The notes below the pieces were generated by a model. That model was not told the DNA's origin. It searched no databases and saw only the letters and a list, made by a program, of their open reading frames with translations. A DNA stretch of 64,000 nucleotides from Eledone cirrhosa (Eukaryota), in assembly GCA_964016885.1 (NCBI GenBank), contig OZ024743.1, positions 163,618,001 through 163,682,000 of the forward strand. The letters are read 5' to 3'. Shown here piece by piece: positions 38,118-50,619 of the stretch. The translations under genes were made by a program, and so were the position numbers. The first letter of the stretch is position 1; each line of letters starts with the position of its first letter.

Positions 38118-40330
38118 AGCTAGCTGGAAGGTTATGAATGTTTACCAGCGAGTAACAAAAAGCAAAACTGCAAGATTTGTTCTGTTCAATACGACAAAAA
38201 CACCGTATTTAAACCTTAATAAATAACAAAAAATACAGATTTCGGATTTTGCGGGATTGGATGTTTGTACGAAATTGTGGTGTGTGGAGGAGATAGGAAA
38301 AACGTGAACGTTACGATTACATGGTTACACCGTAGTAGGGGTAGTTGAAGCAGCAATTGTTTGGCGAAAGTGAATAAACATGAACGGGAATTTATCTTAT
38401 ATATATATGTGTGTGTGTGTGTGTAGCTAAGAGAGAGAGAGAGAGAGAGTGGGAAGGGGGAGAGAGAGAGAGAGAGAGTGGCTGACCGCAACCCCTCGTG
38501 AAGAAAATGGTGGGTGAAGGGTGTATGAGCGGGATTTTTGACTTTCGAGGTAGCATGATATATATATTTAAAGTAAATTATAAGAAGTAGAATGGAAAGG
38601 ATTTTGTTGTTTTTTGTTTTTTTGTTTGAGAATACGATAGAATTAGGGAATTGGAGGATACGATAGAATTAAGAATGGGAAGGATTTTGTTTTTTTGTTT
38701 GGGAATACGATGGAATTAAGGAATTTAAGGAATTGGAGAATACGATAGAATTAGCTAGCTGGAAGGTTATGAATGTTTACCAGCGAGTAACAAAAAGCAA
38801 AACTGCAAGATTTGTTCTGTTCAATACGACAAAAACACCGTATTTAAACCTTAATAAATAACAAAAAATACAGATTTCGGATTTTGCGGGATTGGATGTT
38901 TGTACGAAATTGTGGTGTGTGGAGGAGATAGGAAAAACGTGAACGTTACGATTACATGGTTACACCGTAGTAGGGGTAGTTGAAGCAGCAATTGTTTGGC
39001 GAAAGTGAATAAACATGAACGGGAATTTATCTTATATATATATGTGTGTGTGTGTGTGTAGCTAAGAGAGAGAGAGAGAGAGAGTGGGAAGGGGGAGAGA
39101 GAGAGAGAGAGAGTGGCTGACCGCAACCCCTCGTGAAGAAAATGGTGGGTGAAGGGTGTATGAGCGGGATTTTTGACTTTCGAGGTAGCATGATATATAT
39201 ATTTAAAGTAAATTATAAGAAGTAGAATGGAAAGGATTTTGTTGTTTTTTGTTTTTTTGTTTGAGAATACGATAGAATTAGGGAATTGGAGGATACGATA
39301 GAATTAAGAATGGGAAGGATTTTGTTTTTTTGTTTGGGAATACGATGGAATTAAGGAATTTAAGGAATTGGAGAATACGATAGAATTAGCTAGCTGGAAG
39401 GTTATGAATGTTTACCAGCGAGTAACAAAAAGCAAAACTGCAAGATTTGTTCTGTTCAATACGACAAAAACACCGTATTTAAACCTTAATAAATAACAAA
39501 AAATACAGATTTCGGATTTTGCGGGATTGGATGTTTGTACGAAATTGTGGTGTGTGGAGGAGATAGGAAAAACGTGAACGTTACGATTACATGGTTACAC
39601 CGTAGTAGGGGTAGTTGAAGCAGCAATTGTTTGGCGAAAGTGAATAAACATGAACGGGAATTTATCTTATATATATATGTGTGTGTGTATGTGTAGCTAA
39701 GAGAGAGAGAGAGAGTGGGAAGGGGGAGAGAGAGAGAGAGAGAGTGGCTGACCGCAACCCCTCGTGAAGAAAATGGTGGGTGAAGGGTGTATGAGCGGGA
39801 TTTTTGACTTTCGAGGTAGCATGATATATATATTTAAAGTAAATTATAAGAAGTAGAATGGAAAGGATTTTGTTGTTTTTTGTTTTTTTGTTTGAGAATA
39901 CGATAGAATTAGGGAATTGGAGGATACGATAGAATTAAGAATGGGAAGGATTTTGTTTTTTTGTTTGGGAATACGATGGAATTAAGGAATTTAAGGAATT
40001 GGAGAATACGATAGAATTAGCTAGCTGGAAGGTTATGAATGTTTACCAGCGAGTAACAAAAAGCAAAACTGCAAGATTTGTTCTGTTCAATACGACAAAA
40101 ACACCGTATTTAAACCTTAATAAATAACAAAAAATACAGATTTCGGATTTTGCGGGATTGGATGTTTGTACGAAATTGTGGTGTGTGGAGGAGATAGGAA
40201 AAACGTGAACGTTACGATTACATGGTTACACCGTAGTAGGGGTAGTTGAAGCAGCAATTGTTTGGCGAAAGTGAATAAACATGAACGGGAATTTATCTTA
40301 TATATATATGTGTGTGTGTGTGTGTAGCTA
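38118..40330. repeat. Tandem repeat of a 635-bp unit, ~3.5 near-identical copies (starts ~38118, 38753, 39388, 40019)
   Basis: AGCTAGCTGGAAGGTTATGAATG recurs at spacings of 635, 635 and 631. Confidence 0.96.
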
Positions 40331-40447
40331 ATATATATATATACACATGTATATGTATATATATATATATATATACATATATATGTATGTGTATATATAT
40401 ATATATATATACATATATATATACACATGTATATGGATATATATATA

Positions 40448-43400
40448 TATCATCATCATCATCATCATCATCACCTTCTTACGTCCGTTCTTCCACACTA
40501 GCATGGGTTAGACAGGTTGTCCTGTTGTGGGCAGTGTCTGGCTTGATTGCTACAGCTGGATGTCCTTCCTAACACCAACCTCATTTACAGTGAGTGCTGG
40601 GTGCTTTTTCGTGGCGCCTACACCTCCACTTTACAGTGTGGGCTGGGTGCTCTTTTGCCGTGGCACCTCCACGACCACCTTGCAGTGGGAGGGTGTGGGG
40701 GCATATTGTCTATATGCTTCAGCTTGTACCCATGGGAGGTCGGGTACTCTGTATTACTGCGTGACGCCAGAGGTCACGGTCGTGTGTCATCGCCTTTGAG
40801 AGGTGTAATTGGGTAAGGTCGGCTTTTATCACCTCATCCCAGGTCATCTTGGGTCTCCCCACTCCGCGGTTTCCATCGACTTCTAGTGCTCTGCACCTTT
40901 TTATGCAGCTGTCATCCTTCATACGCATCACATGTCCATACCAACGCAACCGCCTCTCCTGCACGCAGCATTTGATTCCTCTTATGCTCAGTCTCTCTCT
41001 CAATTCATTTATGGTTTGTCGGTCGCGTATATTACTATTACACATCCATCGGAGCATGCAGGCTTCGTTTCTCTCTAATCTACGTAAGTCTTCCACCTTC
41101 AGCGCCCAGGTCTCACTACCATGTAACATTGCTGTTCGGATACACGCATCATACAGTCTGCCTTTCATTTTGAGGGAGAAGCCTTTTGCAGCTAGCAGTG
41201 GTAGTAGTTCCATGAACTTCTTCCATCCCGTTCTTACCCTAGTTATTGTACTTTCTGAACACCCACCTCCGCTGCTAATTCGGTCACCTAGGTAGCAGAA
41301 GCTGTCTACTGTCTCTACAGAGCCCTCCCAGAGATTGGTGGTACTTGTTTCCTGTGGCTGTTTGCTGCTTGCTGTCCCAGTACAGCTGCTGCATGTGAAG
41401 CCTACATTCTTAATTAAGCTTCCTGAGATGCTGCTACATCTCTTGTGTACCCATTGTTTGCATTTGGGGCAGAGAATGGAGTTCCTACCTACACCTTTCC
41501 TACATACTGAGCAAGGCCATTTCCCTGAGGGGATCTGTGTTCTGTTTTCTCGTCTACTTACAAGGACCTTAGTCTTTGTCATGTTGACTTTGAGACCCTT
41601 TATTTCTAGTCCCTGCTTCCAATTTGGAATTTCTTCTCTAGTTCTACCATAGATTCAGCTATAAGTACGAGGTCATCAGCATACAGGAGTTCCCATGGGC
41701 ATCCAGTCTTAAACTCCTCCGTTATTGCCTGCAGGACTATGATGAACAGGAGAGGGCTAAGAACAGAGCCCTGGTGGACCCCAACCTGTACGCTAAATTC
41801 CTCGCTATACTCATTGCTAATCCTAACTTTGCTGACTGCTCCCCTATACATGGCTTATACAGCTTTCACAAGCCATTCATCTACTCCTAGTTTTCTAAGA
41901 GCCCACTAGATTACCGCACGTGGAACTCTGTCAAAGGCTTTCGCGAGATCAACGAATGCCAGGTAGAGTGGCTTACTTTTAGCTAGGTACTTTTCCTGTA
42001 ACTGCCTCACAAGGAAGAGGGCATCAGTGGTGCCTCTTCCTGGTACAAACCCAAATTGCATCTCATCTAGTTTCACCCGGTTCCTAATCAACTGTGCTAT
42101 AACTCTTTCTGTTACTTTCATGACCTGGTCCATCAGCTTTATACCTCTATAGTTTCCTCTATCGAGTGCATCACCTTTACCTTTGTAGCAGTTGACAATG
42201 ATGCTACTGCACCAATCTTTTGGTATGACACCTAGTATTACCTGGTTAACAATACGTGTGGTTATAGTGTGACCTACAGACCCAGATGCCTTCAGCATCT
42301 CGGCAGCTATACCCGATGGACGGGTTGCCTTCCCCATCTTCATATCTTTGATTGCCTTACTTACTACGCTGATGCTGATTTGTACTGCTGGCCCCTCTAT
42401 AGGGTCTACTTGACGTAGGGTCTCTTCTTCCCATGCATTCTCCTCATTTAGTAATCTATCCTAATGACTCTTCCATGAATCTTTCTTCTCAGCACTTGTG
42501 AGGGCAAGCTCACCTTTATCATTCCGGATACACTTCTCGCCAATGACATCACAATTCTCTCTGACACACTGCCTCGCAATCTTGAACACCTCCTGTTTCT
42601 GGTCCTCACGTTGCAAAACATTCTTAAATTTTCTATCCTCTGCTTCCCTCCTAGCTAAGTATACTTGTCGCCTAGCTTCCCTCTTGGTCTCTATGTAATG
42701 TAACCTGCTCCCCCCCGTTCTTCCATTCTTTCCATGCCTGTCTCTTGGCCTTAACTGCCTCATCTACCTTATTGTTCCACCACCAAGTCACTCTCCTCCT
42801 GCTTGTGGTCTTACTCCAGCCACAGACCTCATCTGTCGCCTCTAGTAAGTTATTTTTTAGGAACTCCCAGTGCTCTTCTACATTGAATGTCTCTATCTGT
42901 TCTTCTTTACTGTCGTAGGCATTGAGTAAAATATCTTTAAATCTGTTACTGGCTGAGGGGTCTTTCAGCTTCCAGATCTTTCTTCTCCAGGTTGGCCTCT
43001 GTTTCCAGGTTCGTCTAGTTCTGTCTGTGAGGTCGCTGACAACTAAGCTATGTTGGGAGGTACATTCCTTACTAGGGAAGGTTTTTGTGTTTACTACCAT
43101 CCTTCTGTCACGTCCTCTGATGAGGATAAAATCTATCTGACTAGAATGCTCCCCTGATCTATAGGTGATCAGGTGGTTGTCGGGTTTTTTGAAGTTTGTG
43201 TTACATATCGACATGTCATTGGCGTCGCAGAATTCTAGAAGTCTGAATCTTTCTTCATTTCTTGTGCCAACTCCATGGCCTCCATGTACTCTATTGAAGC
43301 CGTCACAGTGTTTACCTACGTGTCTGTTAAAATCTCCTGCGATGATTAGGAAGTCATTGTCGTTTGTTAGAGCAGTAGTGTGGATTAGGGACTCGTAAAA

Positions 43401-44170
43401 TCTATCCTTAAGTTCGTCTGGCAACCCCGATTGGGGTGCGTAAGCTGATATTATTGTGGTAATTGTTTTATTCAGGACTAGTCTGAGTTTAATGATTCTT
43501 GCATTTACCCTGTACACTGAGATTACTTTATCTACCCACTTGTCAGCTAGTAGTATACCTACACCACCCATCCCATCGTCATTTCCCACCCAGAAAAATT
43601 TGTAGCACTGACTTTTTCCTACAAGGACTCTAGCAGACTCTCCTCTCCATCTAGTCTCTTGCACACAGCATACATCAATTTCCTTTCGCTCTAACATTTC
43701 TACGATTTCTCCTTCTCTTCCTTTCATTGTGCTTACATTGATGGCACCAACTCGGAGTTTTGGGCATTTGTCGACACTTGTAGGGAAGGGTCGATTTTTG
43801 CAGGGGTGCGTGTGTGCTTCCTCTCTCTGGATTGGTGCTTCACATTGGTGCTTGGTAGTTCGCGGATTCATATTCATTTCATCTATTAATTCAGAGTTAC
43901 TCCAATTTATTCTCAGCTCATCCATCCATACTGGTAGGAAAATTCAGGGCTAGAAGAACAGTGGTGGTGGTAATAATGGCAGGGTGTGTTGGGCTGGGAC
44001 GGGGGAGGAGAGAGTTAGGTAGTAGTAGTAGTAGTAGTAGTAGTAGAAGAAATGGCATGCTGAGGTTTGATTGGTCGAATGGGCTATGGTGGTGTGAGGG
44101 GGTGGGTGGGAGGGAAATTGTGAGAGAGGGTCGCCGTCTAGGTAGAGAGAGGGTCGTCGTCTAGGCTAAC
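40448..44170 (-). mobile_element. Near full-length RTE LINE, copy M (second subfamily, a few frameshifts and stops)
   Basis: ORFs 42672-43925, 42461-42763, 41906-42343, 41606-41851 and 40719-41582 tile APE-RT-PHD-C-terminus; (GAT)n tail. Confidence 0.95.
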
Positions 44171-44399
44171 AAACTAACTGATAGAATACAGCATGGCAAA
44201 GTAGCCGATAGAATACAGCAACAATAATATTAATAATAGCCAGTCATGGCCTGTAGCCTTTGATGGAAAAATAGACAGAGACAGAGTCAGCATGGTAGGG
44301 GAAAAATGAGGATAGCAAAATAGATGTGTTGTGGTGGCTGAAATACCTGGCCAGATTTGTATGATATATATATATATATATGTGGGACAACCTGAGCCA

Positions 44400-45150
44400 G
44401 ATCTGCGACTGGAGTAAGGTCCCACAAAGATGGCAGCAAATCTATCAAGTGCATGCTGGAGATCACCTTCTGACGAGTTAAGTAGTACCATATTGTCTGT
44501 AAATTCCAGCTGACTGATCCTCAGTCTTGATACCATTTCCAACCCAGCTGCACATGTCATTCCTGTCCATGAAGATTATGAACAGGAGAGGTAACAGTAT
44601 GCACCCTTGGCAGAGTCCATCACCCACATCAAATGGTTTTGCAATCTCTCTTTTCTCCTTTTTTGAAAACCGGGATTATCACTCCCGATTGCCATTGAGG
44701 TACAAGCAGGTGTGAAAAATCACAGCAGAGACAGTAAAAGCGTCCAAAGTTAAGATATGGGAGGACTTTGGGGTTAAGCTGAAATCAGATCAGGAAATAA
44801 AGTGACCATCCGCCAACTTCGTAATAAGTTCTCCTCAACACCTGCTATCAGGAACGTGTCTGGGGTTCTCCTCTATTCAGAGAGGTGCATCCTCACGAGA
44901 TGGAGAGAATACTCTGCTAATCTCCGAAACCCGGTCACAACAGCATCTTCTGGTGAACACGCGATGCATCTTGGGAGCAATGACTAACCTCTCGAAGGCT
45001 GAGGGCACAAGAGTATTAAAAGAGCTCAAATGTGGCAAAGCAGCCTGGGAAGATGAAATTCAGCCTATGGTCTTAAAAACCTTAAATGGAGAAAGTATTC
45101 TCTGGCTGACTTGTGTGGGCCAGGTGGCCTGGATCTCTAGAAATGCGCCT
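44400..45150. mobile_element. Old fragments of another RTE family, in both orientations
   Basis: LEFTDNMVLLNSSEGDLQHALDRF on -; RWREYSANL and LKCGKAAWEDEIQP on +. Confidence 0.7.
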
Positions 45151-45231
45151 AAGCAATGCCTATTCCTATATTTTTTTAAATTGCTAAATATTGTAATTCC
45201 TTTCAAGAGATTTTGTGACCCTCCATACTGT

Positions 45232-45640
45232 TGTCACTGCAACGTAATGATCACCTCATTATACACCCAGTAATCCTTCTTTACCCATGTCACTACAATG
45301 TAATGATTACTGCACTAAACACACAGTAATCCTTTGTTACCCATGTCACTACAATGTAATGATCACTGCATTAATACACCCAGTAATCCTTCCTTACCCA
45401 TGTCACTACAATGTAGTAATCACTGCACTATACTCCCAGTAATCATTCTTTACCCATGTCACTACAATGTCATAATCACTGCACTATACACGCAGTAATC
45501 ATTCCTTAATTTACCTATATCACTACAATGTAATGATCACCTTATATACTTATTATACTCCTGGTAATCCTTCCTTACCAATGTCATCACAATATAATGC
45601 TCACCTTGCAATCTAATAACTATACACTCAGTAATCACAA
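45232..45640. repeat. Minisatellite, ~58-63-bp unit, ~7 copies
   Basis: TACCCATGTCACTACAATGTAATGATCACTGCACTATACACCCAGTAATCC repeated. Confidence 0.9.
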
Positions 45641-45757
45641 TCATAATCTCCTAGTAATAATCTAGGAGTGTCTAAAGCCTAAAAAGGCTATGGGCACAGC
45701 CACTGTTCTTCCTCCTCTTATTATATATCATTTACATCACTTTTTGCATCTTAGCTG

Positions 45758-45883
45758 TTTAATAAGAAAGAAAACAAAAAGAAAAAAGAAAAATTAAGAT
45801 AAACAATGAATATTATATATATATATATAATATTCATTGTTTATCTTAATTTTTCTTTTTTCTTTTTGTTTTCTTTCTTATTA

Positions 45884-45885
<2 letters not shown>
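45758..45885. repeat. Perfect 128-bp palindrome centred on (TA)n
   Basis: Arms checked base by base. Confidence 0.92.
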
Positions 45886-45917
<32 letters not shown>

Positions 45918-46297
45918 ATATGTAATAGGTATGCAAGTATATATGTGTCTGTGTGGCTATAAACCCCAAAGAAAAACAAAAGAAGAAAGCTGCCCCAAAA
46001 CACAACAAAGCAGATGTTAACTATTTAAAGAATAAATGCTGTCTGCATTTATATTTTTGTATTTGCTGTATCTATATTTTTAATGTATATGTTTCCTATA
46101 GACATACCTGTTGACATTCTTGTTGCCAGTTGCAGTTAGTACATATAACTTCACTGGCTGGCTTCTGTATTATTCAGCACATAAAACTACAATTATATAT
46201 ATATCTACCTGTCTGGAAGTCAGCCAGACTGACGACAGCTTTCACAGCTAACAGTTTCTACACGTTTTCAACGGAAGAAATAACAACAATACCAGCC

Positions 46298-46525
46298 ATA
46301 ATAATTGTTTCTGCTTTTGGCACAAGGCCAGCAATTTGAATGGATGGGGAACGGGGGAAGTCAATTAAATTTACCTCAGTGTGTTACTGGTACTTTATTT
46401 TAACAACCCTGTAAGGACAAAAGCCAAAGCTAACCTTGACCTGATTTTTACTCAGAACGTAAGAAGGACATAACTATACGTCGCAAAGCATGTTGTCTGA
46501 CACTCTACTGATACACCAACAACAA
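46298..46525 (-). mobile_element. Diverged SINE, family A
   Basis: AATTGTTTCTGCTTTTGGCACAAGGCCAGC...TACTGGTACTTTATTTT. Confidence 0.75.
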
Positions 46526-47877
46526 TAATAATATTGATTCAATGACACAGCTCAAACAGAACAATCTCCACACACAACACTCACATCCTATATAAGAAGC
46601 ACCTAATAAAATAAAACATCACATCTCACATAAAATAGAGTCTCAAAGATTAATACCTAATAAAATAACACAACTTGCATTACACACACCTTACACAACA
46701 GAACAAACACTAAAAATAACACGAGAAACTACAAGCTAAACCACACTGCAAAACAGGAGTCTATACTTCCCTAACCCATAGAAAAATATGAACCTGAGTC
46801 CCCACAAACAACAATATACCTCTAAAGAACAGGAGGAATTATCCAAATATAAAGATCTGGCAATAGAAATAACCTAAGTGTGAACAATGCTGCCACTGGA
46901 GAATTGCCCTGTTTGCCAACTTCAAATTTCTGAACCCCTGACATCTCACAGAGACCATCTTAGCTCTACCCAGCTCATGTGTATGGGTGAGGCAGCCAGC
47001 TTGAACCAGCATGTGCACAATGAAAGCACCAACATCAGACTTACCAAAGGACACCACATGCATCAGTTGAACATTCAACCTGGCAGCAACATCAGAGATT
47101 CAGGACAAAATAGCTACCAGACTGAATGATGCCACCAGTGCACCCATGAAAATAAATACCAGATGTTGCTGGATCCCATAAAAATTAATGGCACCACCAA
47201 GACACAAACTTCCCCATGCTATCGCTGACTTATCAACACCACCATGTGATCTGTAACCAACCAATGGAGGCCTCTAACATCAAGGCACCTAACTCCATTC
47301 TCCATTTTGTTTTATTTTCTGCCAATGCACCTGAAAATTCAGGTGTTTTCATCTTAAAACTGCTGGTAATGTGGAGTTAAATCAATTTGTTAATATACTC
47401 TCAGTTTCCACATTATGTGTTGTCTGCTCTTTTCTTTAGTTTATACCCACTTGTATAACCCATGATGATATAGTGTGGGTAGTACGATGAAATACTGGTG
47501 TTGGTACCAAATCAAGTATTCTATACACAGACAGTGTTTATAATAGAAAAAAACGAGCAACATATTTATTGCGTATCGAGCAGATCGATACTGGAGTCAG
47601 GTCCGTAACTCCTATGGGTCACCTTGAGCCAATCCTCTGCGAAACGTGCGTAACAGGTCAATGCACAATAAATATTTTTCATATGTAAACGAAACTTCCT
47701 CATTTTTTTCTATTATATATATATATTCTGAAGAAAAATGTGGTAATGACTCCTATATTTCAGTCTAAAGAAGCATCAAAGTTACTGCCAACTTAACATT
47801 TAGAAAATATATCATATTCTGCTCACAGTTAAAGTTTGAATGTTCTATATACACTCATAAATAAAACACATTTCAGT

Positions 47878-50600
47878 ATCATCATCATCATTTTACGTCC
47901 GCTTATCCCTGCTTGCAAGAGTGGGACGGGTCTTCTTCAGCATCTCTCCACTTGTCACGGTCCTTCATCATCTCCACCGTGATCTTCAGCGATCTGAAGT
48001 CTGCTCTCACCACCTCTGCCCATGTTTTTCGTGGTCTACCTCTACCATGTCTTCCTTCAACTGGCATCTCCTGGCACTTCTTCACCCATCGGTCATCCTC
48101 CATGCGCATCACATGTCCATACCACCACAGTCTCCTCTCTCACACACTACATTCTATCCCTCTCAGACACAGTTTCTCTCTCAACACATCCATGCTGGGT
48201 CGTTCACGCACATTGTCATTGCACATCAAAGAGAGCATGCTTGCCTCATTTCTCTCCAGCCGTTGCATATCCTCTGCAGTTGCTGCCCATGTCTCACTAC
48301 CATGCAGCATTGCACTCCTCACACAGGCATCATATAACTGGCCTTTCGTACGCAAGGAGAAACACTTCTTTGTCAGCAGAGGAAGCAGCTCCCTAAACTT
48401 CTTCCAGCCCATCCTTATTCTAGATACTATGGCCTCGTAACACCCCCCTCCTATGCTAATCTGATCACCTAGGTACCGGAAGCTATCCACCACTTCTATA
48501 GCACCCACCTGCCTTTGAAAAATGTGTCTATCAATGCGACTTCTACTGTCTAATTTCCCTGTACATCTACTGCATACATATTTCTCTCTACCTGTTAGTT
48601 TGCCTGCTATCCCACTACATCTTTTGTGTACCCAGGATCTGCATTGTGTGCATTTTATAGAATTTATGCCAGTTCCTTTTCTGCATATCAAACATGGCCA
48701 TTTCCCTGACGGAATCAGAGCTTTGTCCTCTTTTCTACTCATCAACACTTTTGTCTTAGCTAGGTTCACTCTCAGTCCTCTTGATTCCAACTGCTGTTTC
48801 AATAGCCAGAATTTATTCTCTAGCTCCTCTACTAATTCTGCTATAAGAACCCGATCGTAAGCATAGAGAAGTTCCCATGGACAGCCAGTTTTAAACTCCT
48901 CTGTTATGGCTTGGAGGACTATAATGAACAAGAGCGGGCTAAGGACCGAACCTTGATGTACTCCTACTTGTATCTGGAATTCCTTACTAAACTCCATCCC
49001 TACCCTGACTTTACTGACAGCACCTCTGTACAAAGTTTGCACTGTCCTCACAAGCCATTCCTCAACACTTAGTTTCCTTAGGGACCACCAGTTGACAGAT
49101 CAGGGTACCCTATCAAAGGCCTTCTCTAGGTCAACAAAAGCTGAGTATAGTGGTTTATTCTTCTCTAAAAACCTCTCTTGTAATTGTCTCACCAAGAAGA
49201 GGGCATCTGCTGTACTTTTCCCAGGCACAAAACCAAACTGCATCTCATGTAGTTTGACCCTTTCTCTAATTAGTTGTGCTAATATCCTTTCTGCCACTTT
49301 CATTAGCTGATCCATCAGTTTTATACCCCTATAATTGCTCCTCTCCAGAGCATCCACTTTACCTTTGTAGCAATTTATGAGAATACTGCTGTACCAGTCT
49401 TTGGGTATGACACCGCCATATATAGCCCGATTGATGATGCGTGCAACTATCCTCGACGGTCCAGCAGCCTTACCATTTTTCATTTTCTTAATCGCCTCCT
49501 GGACCCTATATTCATCAATCTCAATAGTTGGTCCCTCTGTCGGATCTACTAGGGGTAATTTCTCTCTCTCCCATTCGTTCTCCACATTCATCAGTCTCTC
49601 ATAATGACACTTCCAGGCCTCCTTTTTCTGATCATTCGTGACACTAAGTACACCGGCATCATTCCGGACACATTTATCTCCAACAACATCCTGATTTGCA
49701 CTGACACACTGCCTTGCAATTTGGAACACCGCATGCCTCTGATCTTCCCGTCGTAGAACATTGGCAAACCTCCTACTCTCTGCCTCCCTGCGTGCTAAGA
49801 ACACCTGACATCTAGCTTCTCTCTTAGTGGCTGTATATCCTTCTCTACTCCCACCCTCTTTCCAAGCCTTCCATGCTAGTCTTTTGTCTCTAATGGCCCT
49901 ATCTACCGTGCTGTTCCACTCTCTGGTTGGAGCTCTGTTCCAGCCACAAGTTTCATCAGTAGCCTGCAGTAAGTTGTCATGTAAGAAACTCCAGTTATTA
50001 TCTATGTCATATGTCTCTAAATCATCTTTTTTTTCGTCATTAACATCTTGAAGGGCTTGCCTAAATTTGTATTTTAGTGAAAGGTCTTTTAGCTTCCAGA
50101 CCTTTCTTTTCCACACCTTCCTTTATGTCTCATTCCATCGTTTGCTTACTGAGAGATATCACTAACGACTAACCTATGCTGTGGGGTACATTCTTCCCCA
50201 GGGTATGCCTTGGTATTAGACACTATCTGCCTGTCTCGCTGCCTAACTAGTAAGAAGTCAATCTGGCTCATGTGCTCGCCTGATTTGTAGGTTATTAGGT
50301 GATTGGCAGGTTTCTGGAAGTTAGTTTTTCAAATGGTCAGTGTGCTTGCATCACAAAATTCAAGAAGTCTCACTCCTTCATTTCTTGAGCCGTAACCGTG
50401 CCCACCATGTACCCCAGTGTAACCACCCTGGAGCTGTCCAACATGACCATTCCATTGAAGTCCCCTGCTAGCATAACGATGTCTCCGTCCTCAGTCATTG
50501 CGGCTGTTTGTAAAAGTTGCACGTAAAAGCAGTCTTTCTCTTCTTTACCTAGGCCTGCTTATTAACTCGAACTACCTCTATTGTCTTATTGATCCATCTC
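47878..50600 (-). mobile_element. RTE LINE, third subfamily (copy Q), 5'-truncated, very short 3' UTR
   Basis: ORFs 49100-50116, 48140-49051 and 47903-48112; PHD motifs CLIC/CTQC/HKRC/CSRC; tail follows the ORF end closely. Confidence 0.93.
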
Positions 50601-50619
50601 TCAGCCAGGAAAATGCCTG

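Larger units (their letters stand above)
34312..40330 (-). mobile_element. Full-length, potentially active RTE LINE, copy L, with tandem 5' monomers
   Basis: (GAT)n tail, ~360-bp 3' UTR, uninterrupted ORF, 5' region homologous to copy K. Confidence 0.95.

Noticed and set aside
38216-40428. Repeated 91-103-aa minus-strand ORF as a possible ORF1
   Set aside because: It starts at a non-ATG codon or in a microsatellite, is largely encoded by (CT)n/(CA)n/(TA)n, and is broken in the third unit.
30363-43953. Many plus-strand ORFs antisense to the RTE copies
   Set aside because: These are shadow frames of the RT ORF that recur only because the element is repeated; no independent motifs.
46839-47129. 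80-aa Cys/His-containing ORF as a zinc-finger exon
   Set aside because: CPVC is present, but there is no convincing finger spacing or splice signals.
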